DNA of 64,000 nucleotides from an uncultured Candidatus Saccharibacteria bacterium (GCA_964356915.1 CAYHJF010000002.1:148522-212521); one strand, 5' to 3'; positions 9,328 to 18,957 are shown, counted from the first letter of the stretch. Notes: a model not told the origin generated them from the sequence alone. Numbers and translations are program-made.

Positions 9328-11552
9328 ACGTGTTCCTCCGCGGTTAATTGAGCATCAACCAATTCTTGCCCAATGATATTTCGTGCCTGAATCTGTGCCT
9401 TTTGATGTACGAGATGAAATCCATGGATCGTCTTCTGCCAATAATGTGGACGAACAACCATCTCATACATCGCCATCCACGCTGCCCCTGACATAGAAAG
9501 CCAATAAAAAGGCACGAAAAAAACATACATAATCAAATCGTCGTACCCGCGCTTTGCACATGCAACCATGTAATAGTACAAATACAAAAAATTCCCAAAC
9601 ACAAACGATAATACGCCCATAATGAGAATCGGTCCTGGGAAGAACGGCTCAATGATTGGACCAGCGATCGGACGAAACGCAAAGTAAGTAAAAGTAATAA
9701 CCCACATGAGCGGGTTAATAAACATCGAAAGAATCTTACCGCCAACAATAAACTGAAATGCGACGAGATGTGGCTCAGACATACTTTGCTTGAATGCGCG
9801 AGGGTTCCGCATATGAACAAGGTATGTTTGAATATAGCCCTTGATCCACCGAGAGCGCTGACGAAACCAGTTTTTATACCGACTCGTCCCCTCCTCCATT
9901 GTCATAGAATCAACGATCGCTGTCTTATGCCCTTGCTTCACAAGTCGCATACCAAGATCACAATCCTCCGTCACATTAAACGCATCCCAACCTTTAAGCT
10001 CTACGAGATCATCGGTACGGAAATGATTTGATGTACCTCCAAGTGGGATTGGCGCGTTGATGGACTGCAATCCCGTAAGAACTAAATCAAACCATAGTGA
10101 GTACTCTGCCGCAAAAATACGCGTCAAAATATTTTGATGCGAGTTATAAAAGTTTAACTTTGCCTGCACACACACAACATCGGGTCCCGATCTTTGAAAC
10201 GCAAGAACTGCTTTTTTTAGCTGATCGGAGTCAGGGACATCTTCCGCATCATAAATCACGGAGTAGTCTCCCGTCGCATAAATCAAACCGTAATTACATG
10301 CCTTTGGCTTTGTCTTTGGCATTGAATGTGGCACGACCGTAATTTCAAAATTCGGCGGCAAGTCATATGCCTTTGCTCGTTTTACCGTCTCAACATCATC
10401 TTCTTCAAGCAATAACATAATCTGCAATCTATCTTTTGGATAATCCAAACGACTCATAGCAGTCACGAACTGTGGTAATACTTGCCACTCTTTGTAGAGC
10501 GGACAAAAAATTGTATATGTCGGCCACGCCTCATCGGGTATCGCATCAATTTCTTCTTTTGTAACTTTGATTTCTGTAGGACGCGTAAAACTCCGGACGA
10601 TCAAGAATAAGTTGAAGATAAGATCAGCAAAATACAACGTCGTCAGCGCCGCTATCAATATTAAGAGCGTCATATGCCAGTTAGCTATTAGGCTCCCAAC
10701 AAAAAACACTCCGACTGCCATGAGCGTCAACATTTGTGGACGACTCATACGATAAAGAGCGCTTTCGGCATGGCTAAGTTCTGTATGATTCACAAATGGG
10801 CTCCCAGCGTGGTGAAAACCATTCCCCCGCTTTTTCATCATTTTTCCATGAAAAGGAATCGGTTCCGGACGAGTCAACTTTAAACGAAGCGCCGATATGC
10901 CGATTTCCCACGATGCTTTGAGCACATTAATTTTTGATTCTCCCGCGTATCGTTCTCCGAATACGATATCAACGTTCCCAATGCGATAACCTGCGCGCAT
11001 TGCTTTTACCAAAAATTCCATGTCGAACGCCCACGGAGCAGGGTTAAGCGTAATACGTTCAATGATCTCCTTTCGAAAAACCTTGAGACCAGACTGCGTA
11101 TCCACATCGAGACCGTGGAGTGCTCGCGCAAAAATAAAATGAAATGTCTTACTTACAAATGCACGGAGTGCTCCTTCGTGATGCTCTGTTCGATTCGCCA
11201 CAACAACATCACTCTCGCCATCTTCAATTGCCTCAACCATTTTAGGAATTGCTTCTGGAGGATATTGCAAATCGGCATCGATCATCGCGATGAAAGAATA
11301 TTTTGCGCAAGCAAATCCTTCGATCAGTGACTGTGCCTTGCCTCGCGCACCAATTTTACGAAACGAACGGATTGGATATGCTCGAGTAAGCCGCTTTAGC
11401 TCTGACCATGTCTCATCCTCTGAATGATCATCAATAAAAATAAGCTCATAATTGAGCTTAGCGAGTTCACACGTGCGATGAATACGCCGTACGAGCGGAG
11501 CGACATTTTCACCTTCATTACGAGTGGGGACAATGATTGAAATGCGGCGCAT
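9324..11552 (-). CDS. Double GT2: Dol-P-Man-synthase-like domain fused to processive cellulose-synthase-like GT2
   Basis: Likely start MRRISIIVP at 11552. First domain: IDADLQYPPE, DTQSGLK. Second domain: KPKACN, YDAED, TED, QRSRW, plus C-terminal TMs. Confidence 0.85.
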   Translation of the reverse strand: MRRISIIVPTRNEGENVAPLVRRIHRTCELAKLNYELIFIDDHSEDETWSELKRLTRAYPIRSFRKIGARGKAQSLIEGFACAKYSFIAMIDADLQYPPEAIPKMVEAIEDGESDVVVANRTEHHEGALRAFVSKTFHFIFARALHGLDVDTQSGLKVFRKEIIERITLNPAPWAFDMEFLVKAMRAGYRIGNVDIVFGERYAGESKINVLKASWEIGISALRLKLTRPEPIPFHGKMMKKRGNGFHHAGSPFVNHTELSHAESALYRMSRPQMLTLMAVGVFFVGSLIANWHMTLLILIAALTTLYFADLIFNLFLIVRSFTRPTEIKVTKEEIDAIPDEAWPTYTIFCPLYKEWQVLPQFVTAMSRLDYPKDRLQIMLLLEEDDVETVKRAKAYDLPPNFEITVVPHSMPKTKPKACNYGLIYATGDYSVIYDAEDVPDSDQLKKAVLAFQRSGPDVVCVQAKLNFYNSHQNILTRIFAAEYSLWFDLVLTGLQSINAPIPLGGTSNHFRTDDLVELKGWDAFNVTEDCDLGMRLVKQGHKTAIVDSMTMEEGTSRYKNWFRQRSRWIKGYIQTYLVHMRNPRAFKQSMSEPHLVAFQFIVGGKILSMFINPLMWVITFTYFAFRPIAGPIIEPFFPGPILIMGVLSFVFGNFLYLYYYMVACAKRGYDDLIMYVFFVPFYWLSMSGAAWMAMYEMVVRPHYWQKTIHGFHLVHQKAQIQARNIIGQELVDAQLTAEEHV

Positions 11553-11802
11553 AAAAAATAGAGACCGAGGGACATACCTACCTTGTATCTGTCCACTTGG
11601 AATCGATAAATTATTACATATATTGTCCGATATGTCAATATCTGGTTGCGCCAAAAAGTTGTTTATTTATAAGCAAAAAGTAAAAATCCGACCTCTTAAT
11701 AAGAAGCCGCGCATTATGGTGTATTGATTACAGCTGACTAAAGTTTGCTATTTTAATAAAATATCGACGTAGTAATGCCCTAGAAAATTCTTTACTGGCA
11801 AA

Positions 11803-11837
11803 TAAAAAGGTCCGATTCCCCGTAGGAAACCAGACCT
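11803..11837 (-). terminator. Intrinsic terminator after Cys-rich gene A
   Basis: Minus strand AGGTCTGGTTTCC-TACGG-GGAATCGGACCT followed by a T run. Confidence 0.6.
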
Positions 11838-11861
11838 CAACTTCGGAGCTGAAAGCTCCTT

Positions 11862-13190
11862 TTAGTGAACGAAATTGACCTGAATGCTATTGCCTCCAGC
11901 CCGCCAAAGGCCGGTGGACGCCCACTCCTGATCATCGATGCTGACCTGAACGGTCAGATAGAGATCGGTAATGCCCGAGAATTCCTCGTAGGCACGAACG
12001 CGCACGATGTACTGGGTCGGGCCACCATGAGCACCGATACTGACCTCATAGAGGCCGCCTCGAATGCCGGGACCAGACTTTGCGGTTGGATCCTTGAACT
12101 TCCATCGCTTGGCCGTACCAGCTCCATGCACCAGATCTCCAGGCTGGAGACAGGCTGACCATATCTTGCCCTGCGTCGCATTGGCGAGCAGAAAGCAAAC
12201 CGTCTTGGTCTCAGGCGCAAAGGGCTCGCCGGGGATGATACCTCCCGAAGCCTTGAAGTGGTCCTTGGCCGGATTCCTTACATTGAATACGATCCGCGCA
12301 GGATCACGTTCGAACAAATCGCAATCACAGTCTGCGGCATCGACACAGTCGACGAGTCCATCGTCGTCATTGTCGTTGTTATCGTGGCAGACTTCCTGCT
12401 TGTTGCAGCTATTGTCGCACGCATCAGTATTGATCTGGTTGCCGTCATCGCACTCTTCATTTCCTTCGACGACGCCATTTCCACAGATCTGCTCGAACCC
12501 GCAACTCGCGCTACAGCCATCGCCACCGCGCATCGTGCAGAGCCCGTCGCCGATACCAACGCAATTTGCGTCGGCAACACACAACGTGCCATTGCTACAA
12601 TGCTTTCCATCATCGCACTGCTCACCACTCTGTGTGACTCCATCGCCACACAACGGGAAACACGGATAGAGATTCGAGTGAAGCGCGCTGGCAGGCAGCG
12701 AATTATTTGGATACGGCTCCCAAAACGGGACGTTCCAATCGTGACTATGCAACGCGCAGATCTCATCGCCAACGGCGTCCGAGCATGAATTGATGACGCT
12801 CCACTGCGTCTGGATCCCCCATCCATAGAGAGTCTGAGGGTTACCATTCACGATGATGGTTCGCGTATCCAAACCGCAGAAGCACTGCAACACTTCGTCG
12901 CAAGGATTTTGTGGATCGGTACCAACACAATATGTATCATCGACTCCAAGAACGTTATGTTGATGATTGTCGGGATCAGGTACGAGTAGCGGGATCACGG
13001 TGCCATCGGGAAGAATATCTCCGATGATGCCGTGCCAATCGTTGGGACCATGATGGGATGCGTGATCACCAAACACGAAATGTCCATTCTGATATTGAAC
13101 GTCAGCACATGTTGGAAAATCTGGTCGCGTGGTCGCGAGCGCAACGCTCGCTGCACAGATACTTGCTATGACAAGGTACTTCTTCAGCAC
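11862..13190 (-). CDS. Secreted Cys-rich protein A: shared N-domain + Myxococcus-type Cys repeats (DUF4215-like) + beta-rich C-domain
   Basis: AAGGAGG RBS before GTG; signal peptide; CGDGVTQSGEQCDDG, CGNGVVEGNEECDDGN, DNDDDGLVDCVDAADC. Confidence 0.8.
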   Translation of the reverse strand: MLKKYLVIASICAASVALATTRPDFPTCADVQYQNGHFVFGDHASHHGPNDWHGIIGDILPDGTVIPLLVPDPDNHQHNVLGVDDTYCVGTDPQNPCDEVLQCFCGLDTRTIIVNGNPQTLYGWGIQTQWSVINSCSDAVGDEICALHSHDWNVPFWEPYPNNSLPASALHSNLYPCFPLCGDGVTQSGEQCDDGKHCSNGTLCVADANCVGIGDGLCTMRGGDGCSASCGFEQICGNGVVEGNEECDDGNQINTDACDNSCNKQEVCHDNNDNDDDGLVDCVDAADCDCDLFERDPARIVFNVRNPAKDHFKASGGIIPGEPFAPETKTVCFLLANATQGKIWSACLQPGDLVHGAGTAKRWKFKDPTAKSGPGIRGGLYEVSIGAHGGPTQYIVRVRAYEEFSGITDLYLTVQVSIDDQEWASTGLWRAGGNSIQVNFVH

Positions 13191-13246
13191 TTCTCCCTCC
13201 TTTTGTGAGAGAACAGCCTTCCTCGCATACTACGAGGTGACAAATC

Positions 13247-13275
13247 AATATATACAATTTACGATATTTTGTCAA
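13247..13275 (-). promoter_or_regulatory. sigma70 promoter of Cys-rich gene A
   Basis: TTGACA-17 nt-TATATT. Confidence 0.65.
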
Positions 13276-13345
13276 TACATCTCTTTCAAAAAGCAACTTT
13301 CATCTTCATTACTATCTATATGTTTTTATACTTTCTGTCTTTTTA

Positions 13346-13381
13346 AATAAAAATCCAATGGCACGCCTAGCATGCCATTGG
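13346..13381 (-). terminator. Intrinsic terminator after Cys-rich gene B
   Basis: 9-bp stem CCAATGGCA/TGCCATTGG followed by a T-rich tract on the minus strand. Confidence 0.65.
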
Positions 13382-13404
13382 CTTGGGACTTCGATAGTTC
13401 TTGT

Positions 13405-14361
13405 TTAGAGAACCTTGCGATATTTACAGTACCGATGAAGGCTCATACAGAGACGCCCGATGTACCTCTTCTCGGCCCTTGTGATTCTGCCTGGGTAGAC
13501 AGCCATTTGACGATCTTTGCAATCCCAGAGCACATCCTTATGTTCAGGACGCACAACACATGGATCGTTATTCTGACATGGTGGTGTGATGATCACGGGA
13601 CAACAGGAGTTACACTCTTGCTGCGGAGGACAAGCTTCCGGACACTCGTCCGGCGGGGGGCACGTATTGTCGCACCCCTCAAGCGTGCAGTGATTGCTAC
13701 ACGCATCGCTGTCCACCCGATTACCATCGTCACATTCTTCATCATCTTCGACGATGCCATTACCACAACCCTTCTCGATATTGCAGTTGGCATCACAGCC
13801 ATCGCCGTCAACACGATTATCATCATCGCACACTTCTCCGACATTCAGCGTGCCATTACCGCACTGCGGGCGACACGAGTAGAATACCGAGTGAAATGCG
13901 ATGGCGGGAGGACCATTCGGTCCACCGTCATAGAACGGGAAGTTCCAGTTGCGCCCGTGAAGAGCACAAACCTCGGGGGCGACTGCCTCCAAACATGTAT
14001 TGGCGATACGCCACTGGGTCTGGATCCCGAGCCCATCAGGCACGTCGGGATCGCCCAACGAACAGTAGCACTGAACGAATCGATTGGGATTGTTTGGATC
14101 CCTATAGACATCGTCGACGCCAAACAGGTTGCGAGACGGCAGAATTGTGGTGTCGGGCAACCTGCCGCCAATGATGCCATGGGCATCACCTGGATTGTGA
14201 TGCGACGCATGGTCGCCCAGTACGAACCGTCCTCCATCGAACTGCATCTCGGGACACGTGATGAACCTCGGGATGCTCGGAATCGGCGTCGGCGGGAGCA
14301 CCACTGCTTGAGCGATACTCGCGACCATCGCGAGTATCATGACTGCAAAGAACTCTTTCAT
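13405..14361 (-). CDS. Secreted Cys-rich protein B: shared N-domain + Myxococcus-type Cys repeats + Cys/Pro linker + basic 57-aa C-tail
   Basis: AAGGAGG RBS before ATG 14361; signal peptide; CGNGTLNVGEVCDDDN, CGNGIVEDDEECDDGN. Confidence 0.8.
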   Translation of the reverse strand: MKEFFAVMILAMVASIAQAVVLPPTPIPSIPRFITCPEMQFDGGRFVLGDHASHHNPGDAHGIIGGRLPDTTILPSRNLFGVDDVYRDPNNPNRFVQCYCSLGDPDVPDGLGIQTQWRIANTCLEAVAPEVCALHGRNWNFPFYDGGPNGPPAIAFHSVFYSCRPQCGNGTLNVGEVCDDDNRVDGDGCDANCNIEKGCGNGIVEDDEECDDGNRVDSDACSNHCTLEGCDNTCPPPDECPEACPPQQECNSCCPVIITPPCQNNDPCVVRPEHKDVLWDCKDRQMAVYPGRITRAEKRYIGRLCMSLHRYCKYRKVL

Positions 14362-14458
14362 GTCTGTCTTCCTCCTTTTGGTAGACATAGACGTCTGCCG
14401 AGAATACGGCAATGCGACCCACTTCCTAAAGTGAACTATTTTTAGGATAATAGAACCC

Positions 14459-15280
14459 ATGACCTCCATTTCCTCTTATACTGCCGCACTTCTATTAGGC
14501 TTCTTACAAGGTATCACTGAATTTTTGCCTATCTCCTCTTCTGGGCATCTCATCGTCGCGGAAGAATTTATGGGCCTAAACCCCTCTGCGTGGCTTTCTT
14601 TTGACGTAGCACTCCACGTCGCAACCGCATGCGTTGTATTATTTTATTTTCGAAAAGAATGGCAAGAAATGATTAAAGCATTCTTTCAACGCTCATCTGA
14701 TAACTCTCGACGACTTTTACTTCTCAACATTATCATCGGGACGATTCCCGCAGGAATTGCCGGCATTCTTGCTGAAAAAATCATTAGCGAACATGTACGA
14801 AATATTCAAATTGTGGCAATTGGACTTATCCTTGGAAGCGGTATCATGTGGGGGGCAGAAAAACTTTACTCCATGCGTAAAAAAGAAGGTTCTGCAATTG
14901 AAAAACCATTCTCTCCATTTGAGAGCTTTCTTATTGGATGCTTTCAGGCGCTCGCCCTCTTTCCTGGACTATCACGTTCTGGAGCAACAATTTCCGGAGG
15001 CCTCATTCTTGGTCATGATCGATATCACGCGACTAAATATTCTTTTTTACTCGCCACGCCAATCATTATAGGAGCATCTCTCAAAACATTTTCAGACAAC
15101 CTCACGCATATTGGCTCACAGGATATACCGATTTTTTTTATCGGCTTTGTCACTGCATTTATCACTGGCTACGCATCACTGCACTATCTCATTCGTCTCA
15201 TGAAAACAAATACGCTCAGGCCGTTTATTATTTATCGACTTTGCCTGGCGGTAATACTCTTTGCAGTTGTCTTGTTTTAA
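14459..15280 (+). CDS. uppP: Undecaprenyl-diphosphate phosphatase
   Basis: QGITEFLPISSSGH, PGLSRSGAT. Confidence 0.95.
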   Translation: MTSISSYTAALLLGFLQGITEFLPISSSGHLIVAEEFMGLNPSAWLSFDVALHVATACVVLFYFRKEWQEMIKAFFQRSSDNSRRLLLLNIIIGTIPAGIAGILAEKIISEHVRNIQIVAIGLILGSGIMWGAEKLYSMRKKEGSAIEKPFSPFESFLIGCFQALALFPGLSRSGATISGGLILGHDRYHATKYSFLLATPIIIGASLKTFSDNLTHIGSQDIPIFFIGFVTAFITGYASLHYLIRLMKTNTLRPFIIYRLCLAVILFAVVLF

Positions 15281-15900
15281 TTTGAACTCTTGCGCTTCTT
15301 TTCGCTTTGATAGATTAAATATTCTTGCCCAACATGCCATACTGCTGGCAGTACTGAAATAACAACAATTGCAAGAATAATTGGTAACAAGTACTTATCT
15401 ATTCCGGGGATCATACTACCAAGAAAATATCCCAACACGGGCATACCAACGCCCCATAAAACTCCTCCGATAACATTATAAAAAAGAAACGTAGGATATT
15501 TCATTTTTCCGACTCCAGCGATAACGGGAGCAAATGTTCTAATAATCGGCATAAAGCGCGCCAAAATAATTGTCTTGGGTCCATGTTTTTCATAAAAACG
15601 CTCTGCTCGTTTCAAATGATCTTTATGAAATAATAAAGAATCCTCTCGCTTAAAAAGTCGCGGTCCTATGCGATATCCAAACGCATACCCAACATTGTCT
15701 CCTAAAATCGCGGCCACGAGTGTAAGTGGAATTAAATAACCAATATGTAAATATCCTTGAGACGCAAGAAATCCTGCAGTAAATAAAAGAGAGTCGCCAG
15801 GAAGGAAAAAACCAATCAATAATCCCGACTCCGCAAAGACAATAAAAAAAAGACCGACGTAACCCGCCGTACGTATGAGTGTTTCAGGATCAAGTAGCAT
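15277..15900 (-). CDS. dedA: DedA family membrane protein
   Basis: FAESGLLIGFFLPGDSLLF, ARFMPIIRTF. Confidence 0.9.
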   Translation of the reverse strand: MLLDPETLIRTAGYVGLFFIVFAESGLLIGFFLPGDSLLFTAGFLASQGYLHIGYLIPLTLVAAILGDNVGYAFGYRIGPRLFKREDSLLFHKDHLKRAERFYEKHGPKTIILARFMPIIRTFAPVIAGVGKMKYPTFLFYNVIGGVLWGVGMPVLGYFLGSMIPGIDKYLLPIILAIVVISVLPAVWHVGQEYLIYQSEKKRKSSN

Positions 15901-16025
15901 ACCGCGAGTATATCATGTCTTTTACTATACGTAGAGACTCGGCCTTGCGTATTCTTTATTTTTATGGTATGAGTATTCCTAGGCTTGTTCATTTGAGCCA
16001 CAACAACCCAGAGGAGGAATACGCG

Positions 16026-16868
16026 ATGCGACTCAAAAACACGGGATGGATCGGGGCGATGGTCGCCACGATCTTCATTGCCTATGCCAACATGGCGGAG
16101 GCACGGCCAGCTCGCTGCGACGAGGCAGGCTGGATCACCAAATGCTGCGGTGTGTGCGCCATGATGCCAACGGCGGAAGCCTGCACCACAGAGAAGAACG
16201 ACGGCACTACGTTCGTCGACCGATGCTGTCCGGACGAAGCCAAGCTCGAAATCGAGCACATCACGTTCGACCCGATGAAGCCCAACGCCGGCATGTTCGC
16301 CAGCGCGTGGGTGTCCATCTCGAACGTCAGCGATGTCGAAACCTACGCCGACGTCACAATCAGCGTCACGTGTCATGCCTTCGGAAGCGACGTCCAGACG
16401 GACAGCGCAACGATGGCATTCATCGGCGAGTACTTCGGCCCCCTGCAGACGCGGCACGACTTCGTGCTGCAATGGATGACCACGGTCAAAGAAGACTGCT
16501 TGGTCACCGCCAAGGTCGCCTACACAGTCGCTTCGTGCGGCGACCAGAAGATCACCGTGGAGTCATCCCCGGTGCCCATGTGGGTACTCGACCCACTCCC
16601 ACCGAACACGTGCACGTGCGAAACCGAGCCCTGTCAGGAGTGCCAGACCTGCGAGATCTGCACTCCGCAAGAGCCCTGCAAGCCCGGCCCGGAGTGCACG
16701 AACAACGATCCATGTATCGTCCGCGATGGCTTCAAGGACGTCCTCTGGGACTGCAAGGAACGCCAGATGCGAGCCTGCCCCGGAAGAATCACGAAGGCCG
16801 AAAGCAAGCGGATCAAGCGAACCTGCATGGCACTGCTACGCTACTGCCGCGACCGCAAGATCCTCTAG
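16026..16868 (+). CDS. Secreted Cys-rich protein C with the same basic 57-aa C-tail as protein B
   Basis: GAGGAGG RBS before ATG 16026; signal peptide; GC-rich codons; tail NNDPC..KDVLWDCK.RQM..PGRIT. Confidence 0.8.
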   Translation: MRLKNTGWIGAMVATIFIAYANMAEARPARCDEAGWITKCCGVCAMMPTAEACTTEKNDGTTFVDRCCPDEAKLEIEHITFDPMKPNAGMFASAWVSISNVSDVETYADVTISVTCHAFGSDVQTDSATMAFIGEYFGPLQTRHDFVLQWMTTVKEDCLVTAKVAYTVASCGDQKITVESSPVPMWVLDPLPPNTCTCETEPCQECQTCEICTPQEPCKPGPECTNNDPCIVRDGFKDVLWDCKERQMRACPGRITKAESKRIKRTCMALLRYCRDRKIL

Positions 16869-16897
16869 AGGGACGCGAGTCTCTCTCAATATAATTC

Positions 16898-16934
16898 AAT
16901 GCTTCTATGCGCATATCGCGTAGAAGCATTTTTT
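16898..16934 (+). terminator. Intrinsic terminator
   Basis: AATGCTTCTATGCG / CGCGTAGAAGCATT stem plus T run, between convergent genes. Confidence 0.7.
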
Positions 16935-16950
16935 ATTTCTATATAAAAAA

Positions 16951-17466
16951 CTATCCTCTCTTATACATTAAGAATCCCATCGAGATACTTCCTAATATAA
17001 ACGCGCCAACCATTGGAATGATTGCGAGCGTTGTTTTTGTTTCTAACGCTGGCTGAACGTCAATCATATAATCAGGAAAAGAAATCCACACGCCAGGATT
17101 TGAAGCAAACGCCACATCAACGAAAATTTCATGAATTCCAGCGTCAGCAAATGTATATGAAAATTCATGAATTCCTCCCTCCGCTCTTCCCTCCATATGC
17201 GCAATCTCTTGAGAATGCCCTTGTTTTGTAATACGAATTTTTACTAATACTGGCTCATGTACTGCCTCGTGATGCATCTCCCCTTGCTTCAACCTCAAAA
17301 AAGAAACTAGCATATTATTTTGCACACCTTGTCGCGGCGTATAAGGAGCCTTGGAGAGAAGTGCTAAAAATTTTCCGTCGTCAGTCACGCGCATATCGCC
17401 GCCATTTGCGTAGGCAATCCCTGCACATAAAATGATTAAAGAAAAAATGCTAATCTTACGAATCAT
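16951..17466 (-). CDS. Exported protein with C-terminal membrane anchor (Ig-like/YtkA-like possible)
   Basis: Signal peptide, beta-rich core, hydrophobic C-terminus ending KRG. Confidence 0.6.
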   Translation of the reverse strand: MIRKISIFSLIILCAGIAYANGGDMRVTDDGKFLALLSKAPYTPRQGVQNNMLVSFLRLKQGEMHHEAVHEPVLVKIRITKQGHSQEIAHMEGRAEGGIHEFSYTFADAGIHEIFVDVAFASNPGVWISFPDYMIDVQPALETKTTLAIIPMVGAFILGSISMGFLMYKRG

Positions 17467-17470
17467 ATTT

Positions 17471-18304
17471 TTATGATACCACGCGCCATCGATTGTGATA
17501 GAACTCTAAAAGACCATCTTTTTGCATGTCATGTAAAATTGAGGGGATTTCTTTTGCCCGCTCACGTACGTACTTATCATGAGTGCTAAGTTTTTGAATA
17601 CTACTTATCGTAATCCCTTTCTTGCTTTTCACCGCAGAGTCCAATAACACCGCGCGTACATACCGACGGGATCCTTCAAATCGCGCTTGCCGAACATAAT
17701 GCTTACTCCGATGATTTGGATTTTCCTCTCCTTTTAACGCGCTCGATCCATAATCCATAAGTGCAAAGTACCATGCTCGATAATCTTTTTCTGGCAATGT
17801 ACGCTCGATAATTGGCAGTAACTCCCGATCTGTAACGTCATCGCGCCCATCAAAAAAATATTTTAAGTACACGCGACGAATATTTGTCTCAATGAATACT
17901 TCCCGCTGATCCCACGCAAAAACTAAAATCGCACGCGCGGTATATTTCCCAATACCTGGCAAATCTTCAAGCTCTGCGATACTTCTTGGGACAACGCCCT
18001 TGTGCTCGCGCTCAATAATATCTGCTGTACGTCTTAGATACAGAGCGCGGCGATTATATCCAAGCCCCTTCCAAACTCGCAAAACCTCCTTAGGAGGAGC
18101 GCCTGCGAGCGCGCGTATCGTCGGAAATATTTTCAAAAATTCCTTATACTTCTCTACCACACGTGGCACCTGCGTCTGCTGGAGCATTATCTCAGAGACA
18201 AGAATACGGTATGGATTACGCGTACGACGCCACGGCAAATTATGTCGAGCGTGCTTACGATACCATGCAAGAATCTTTTGCTGAAAAACGCTCTTGCGTT
18301 GCAT
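17471..18304 (-). CDS. mutY: A/G-specific adenine glycosylase (HhH-GPD), lacking the Fe-S Cys motif
   Basis: LPWRRTRNPYRILVSEIMLQQTQV, WKGLGYNRRA, LPGIGKYTA. Confidence 0.85.
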   Translation of the reverse strand: MQRKSVFQQKILAWYRKHARHNLPWRRTRNPYRILVSEIMLQQTQVPRVVEKYKEFLKIFPTIRALAGAPPKEVLRVWKGLGYNRRALYLRRTADIIEREHKGVVPRSIAELEDLPGIGKYTARAILVFAWDQREVFIETNIRRVYLKYFFDGRDDVTDRELLPIIERTLPEKDYRAWYFALMDYGSSALKGEENPNHRSKHYVRQARFEGSRRYVRAVLLDSAVKSKKGITISSIQKLSTHDKYVRERAKEIPSILHDMQKDGLLEFYHNRWRVVS

Positions 18305-18957
18305 TAATACTCTTTCCCGCTCATGTTTGCGGGAATGGCGATACCATTTTCAGGAGCCTTATCTTTATATCGCTTAATAAAATCAAGAATACGATTCTCA
18401 TCAAACGATCCTTCTGCATTTAGATTGAATGTGTCCAAACGTTGCCATGCTGCAACTGCAATGTCAGTCGGATTTTGATCACGTAAAGTTAACACGACAC
18501 GGACCTGATGGCTTGCAAGATTACGAAGTTGTTCTTTTGCTGTGTCTGAAATTGATGATTTATACGAAATCCAAATTCGTCCATGCTCGAGAGAATGAAC
18601 GAGACCCTCATCAGGTTGCGCCTTATTATAGACGCCGTCTTTAACTGGTTGCTCATAGTGTGGACCTGATGTTGGAGGATTAGAATTGTATTCAATATGT
18701 GAATCTCCTACTGCAATATGATCTTGCCCTTGATTTGCATATTCCTTTGAATGATCTTCGCTGAGCCCCTGTTGAGGTTGTTTTTTAGCAACAACAAAGA
18801 TACCAGCAGCTCCCGCAACAACAACTACACAACCGATAACCCAAATTGCTATCTTTTTTGTGCGAGTGCGACGTAATGAGATCTCCATCTCCCCAGCTTT
18901 CATTTCACGCTTTAACTCTTTACGTTCTTTTTTTGTTAGATTTTGATCAGTATCCAT
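18304..18957 (-). CDS. DUF3105-like membrane-anchored protein
   Basis: YNSNPPTSGPH, VHSLEHG, IAVAAW; likely start at 18957. Confidence 0.75.
   Translation of the reverse strand: MDTDQNLTKKERKELKREMKAGEMEISLRRTRTKKIAIWVIGCVVVVAGAAGIFVVAKKQPQQGLSEDHSKEYANQGQDHIAVGDSHIEYNSNPPTSGPHYEQPVKDGVYNKAQPDEGLVHSLEHGRIWISYKSSISDTAKEQLRNLASHQVRVVLTLRDQNPTDIAVAAWQRLDTFNLNAEGSFDENRILDFIKRYKDKAPENGIAIPANMSGKEY

Noticed and set aside
13405-16868. Shared C-tails of proteins B and C as a second TR/VR pair
   Set aside because: Differences are at all bases and many are synonymous third positions, not adenine-specific
11865-16894. Long overlapping alternative ORFs (e.g. 13372-14445 +, 12064-12669 +, 16046-16894 +, 15816-16472 -)
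   Set aside because: Shadow frames of GC-rich genes; the chosen frames have RBS, signal peptides and mutual homology
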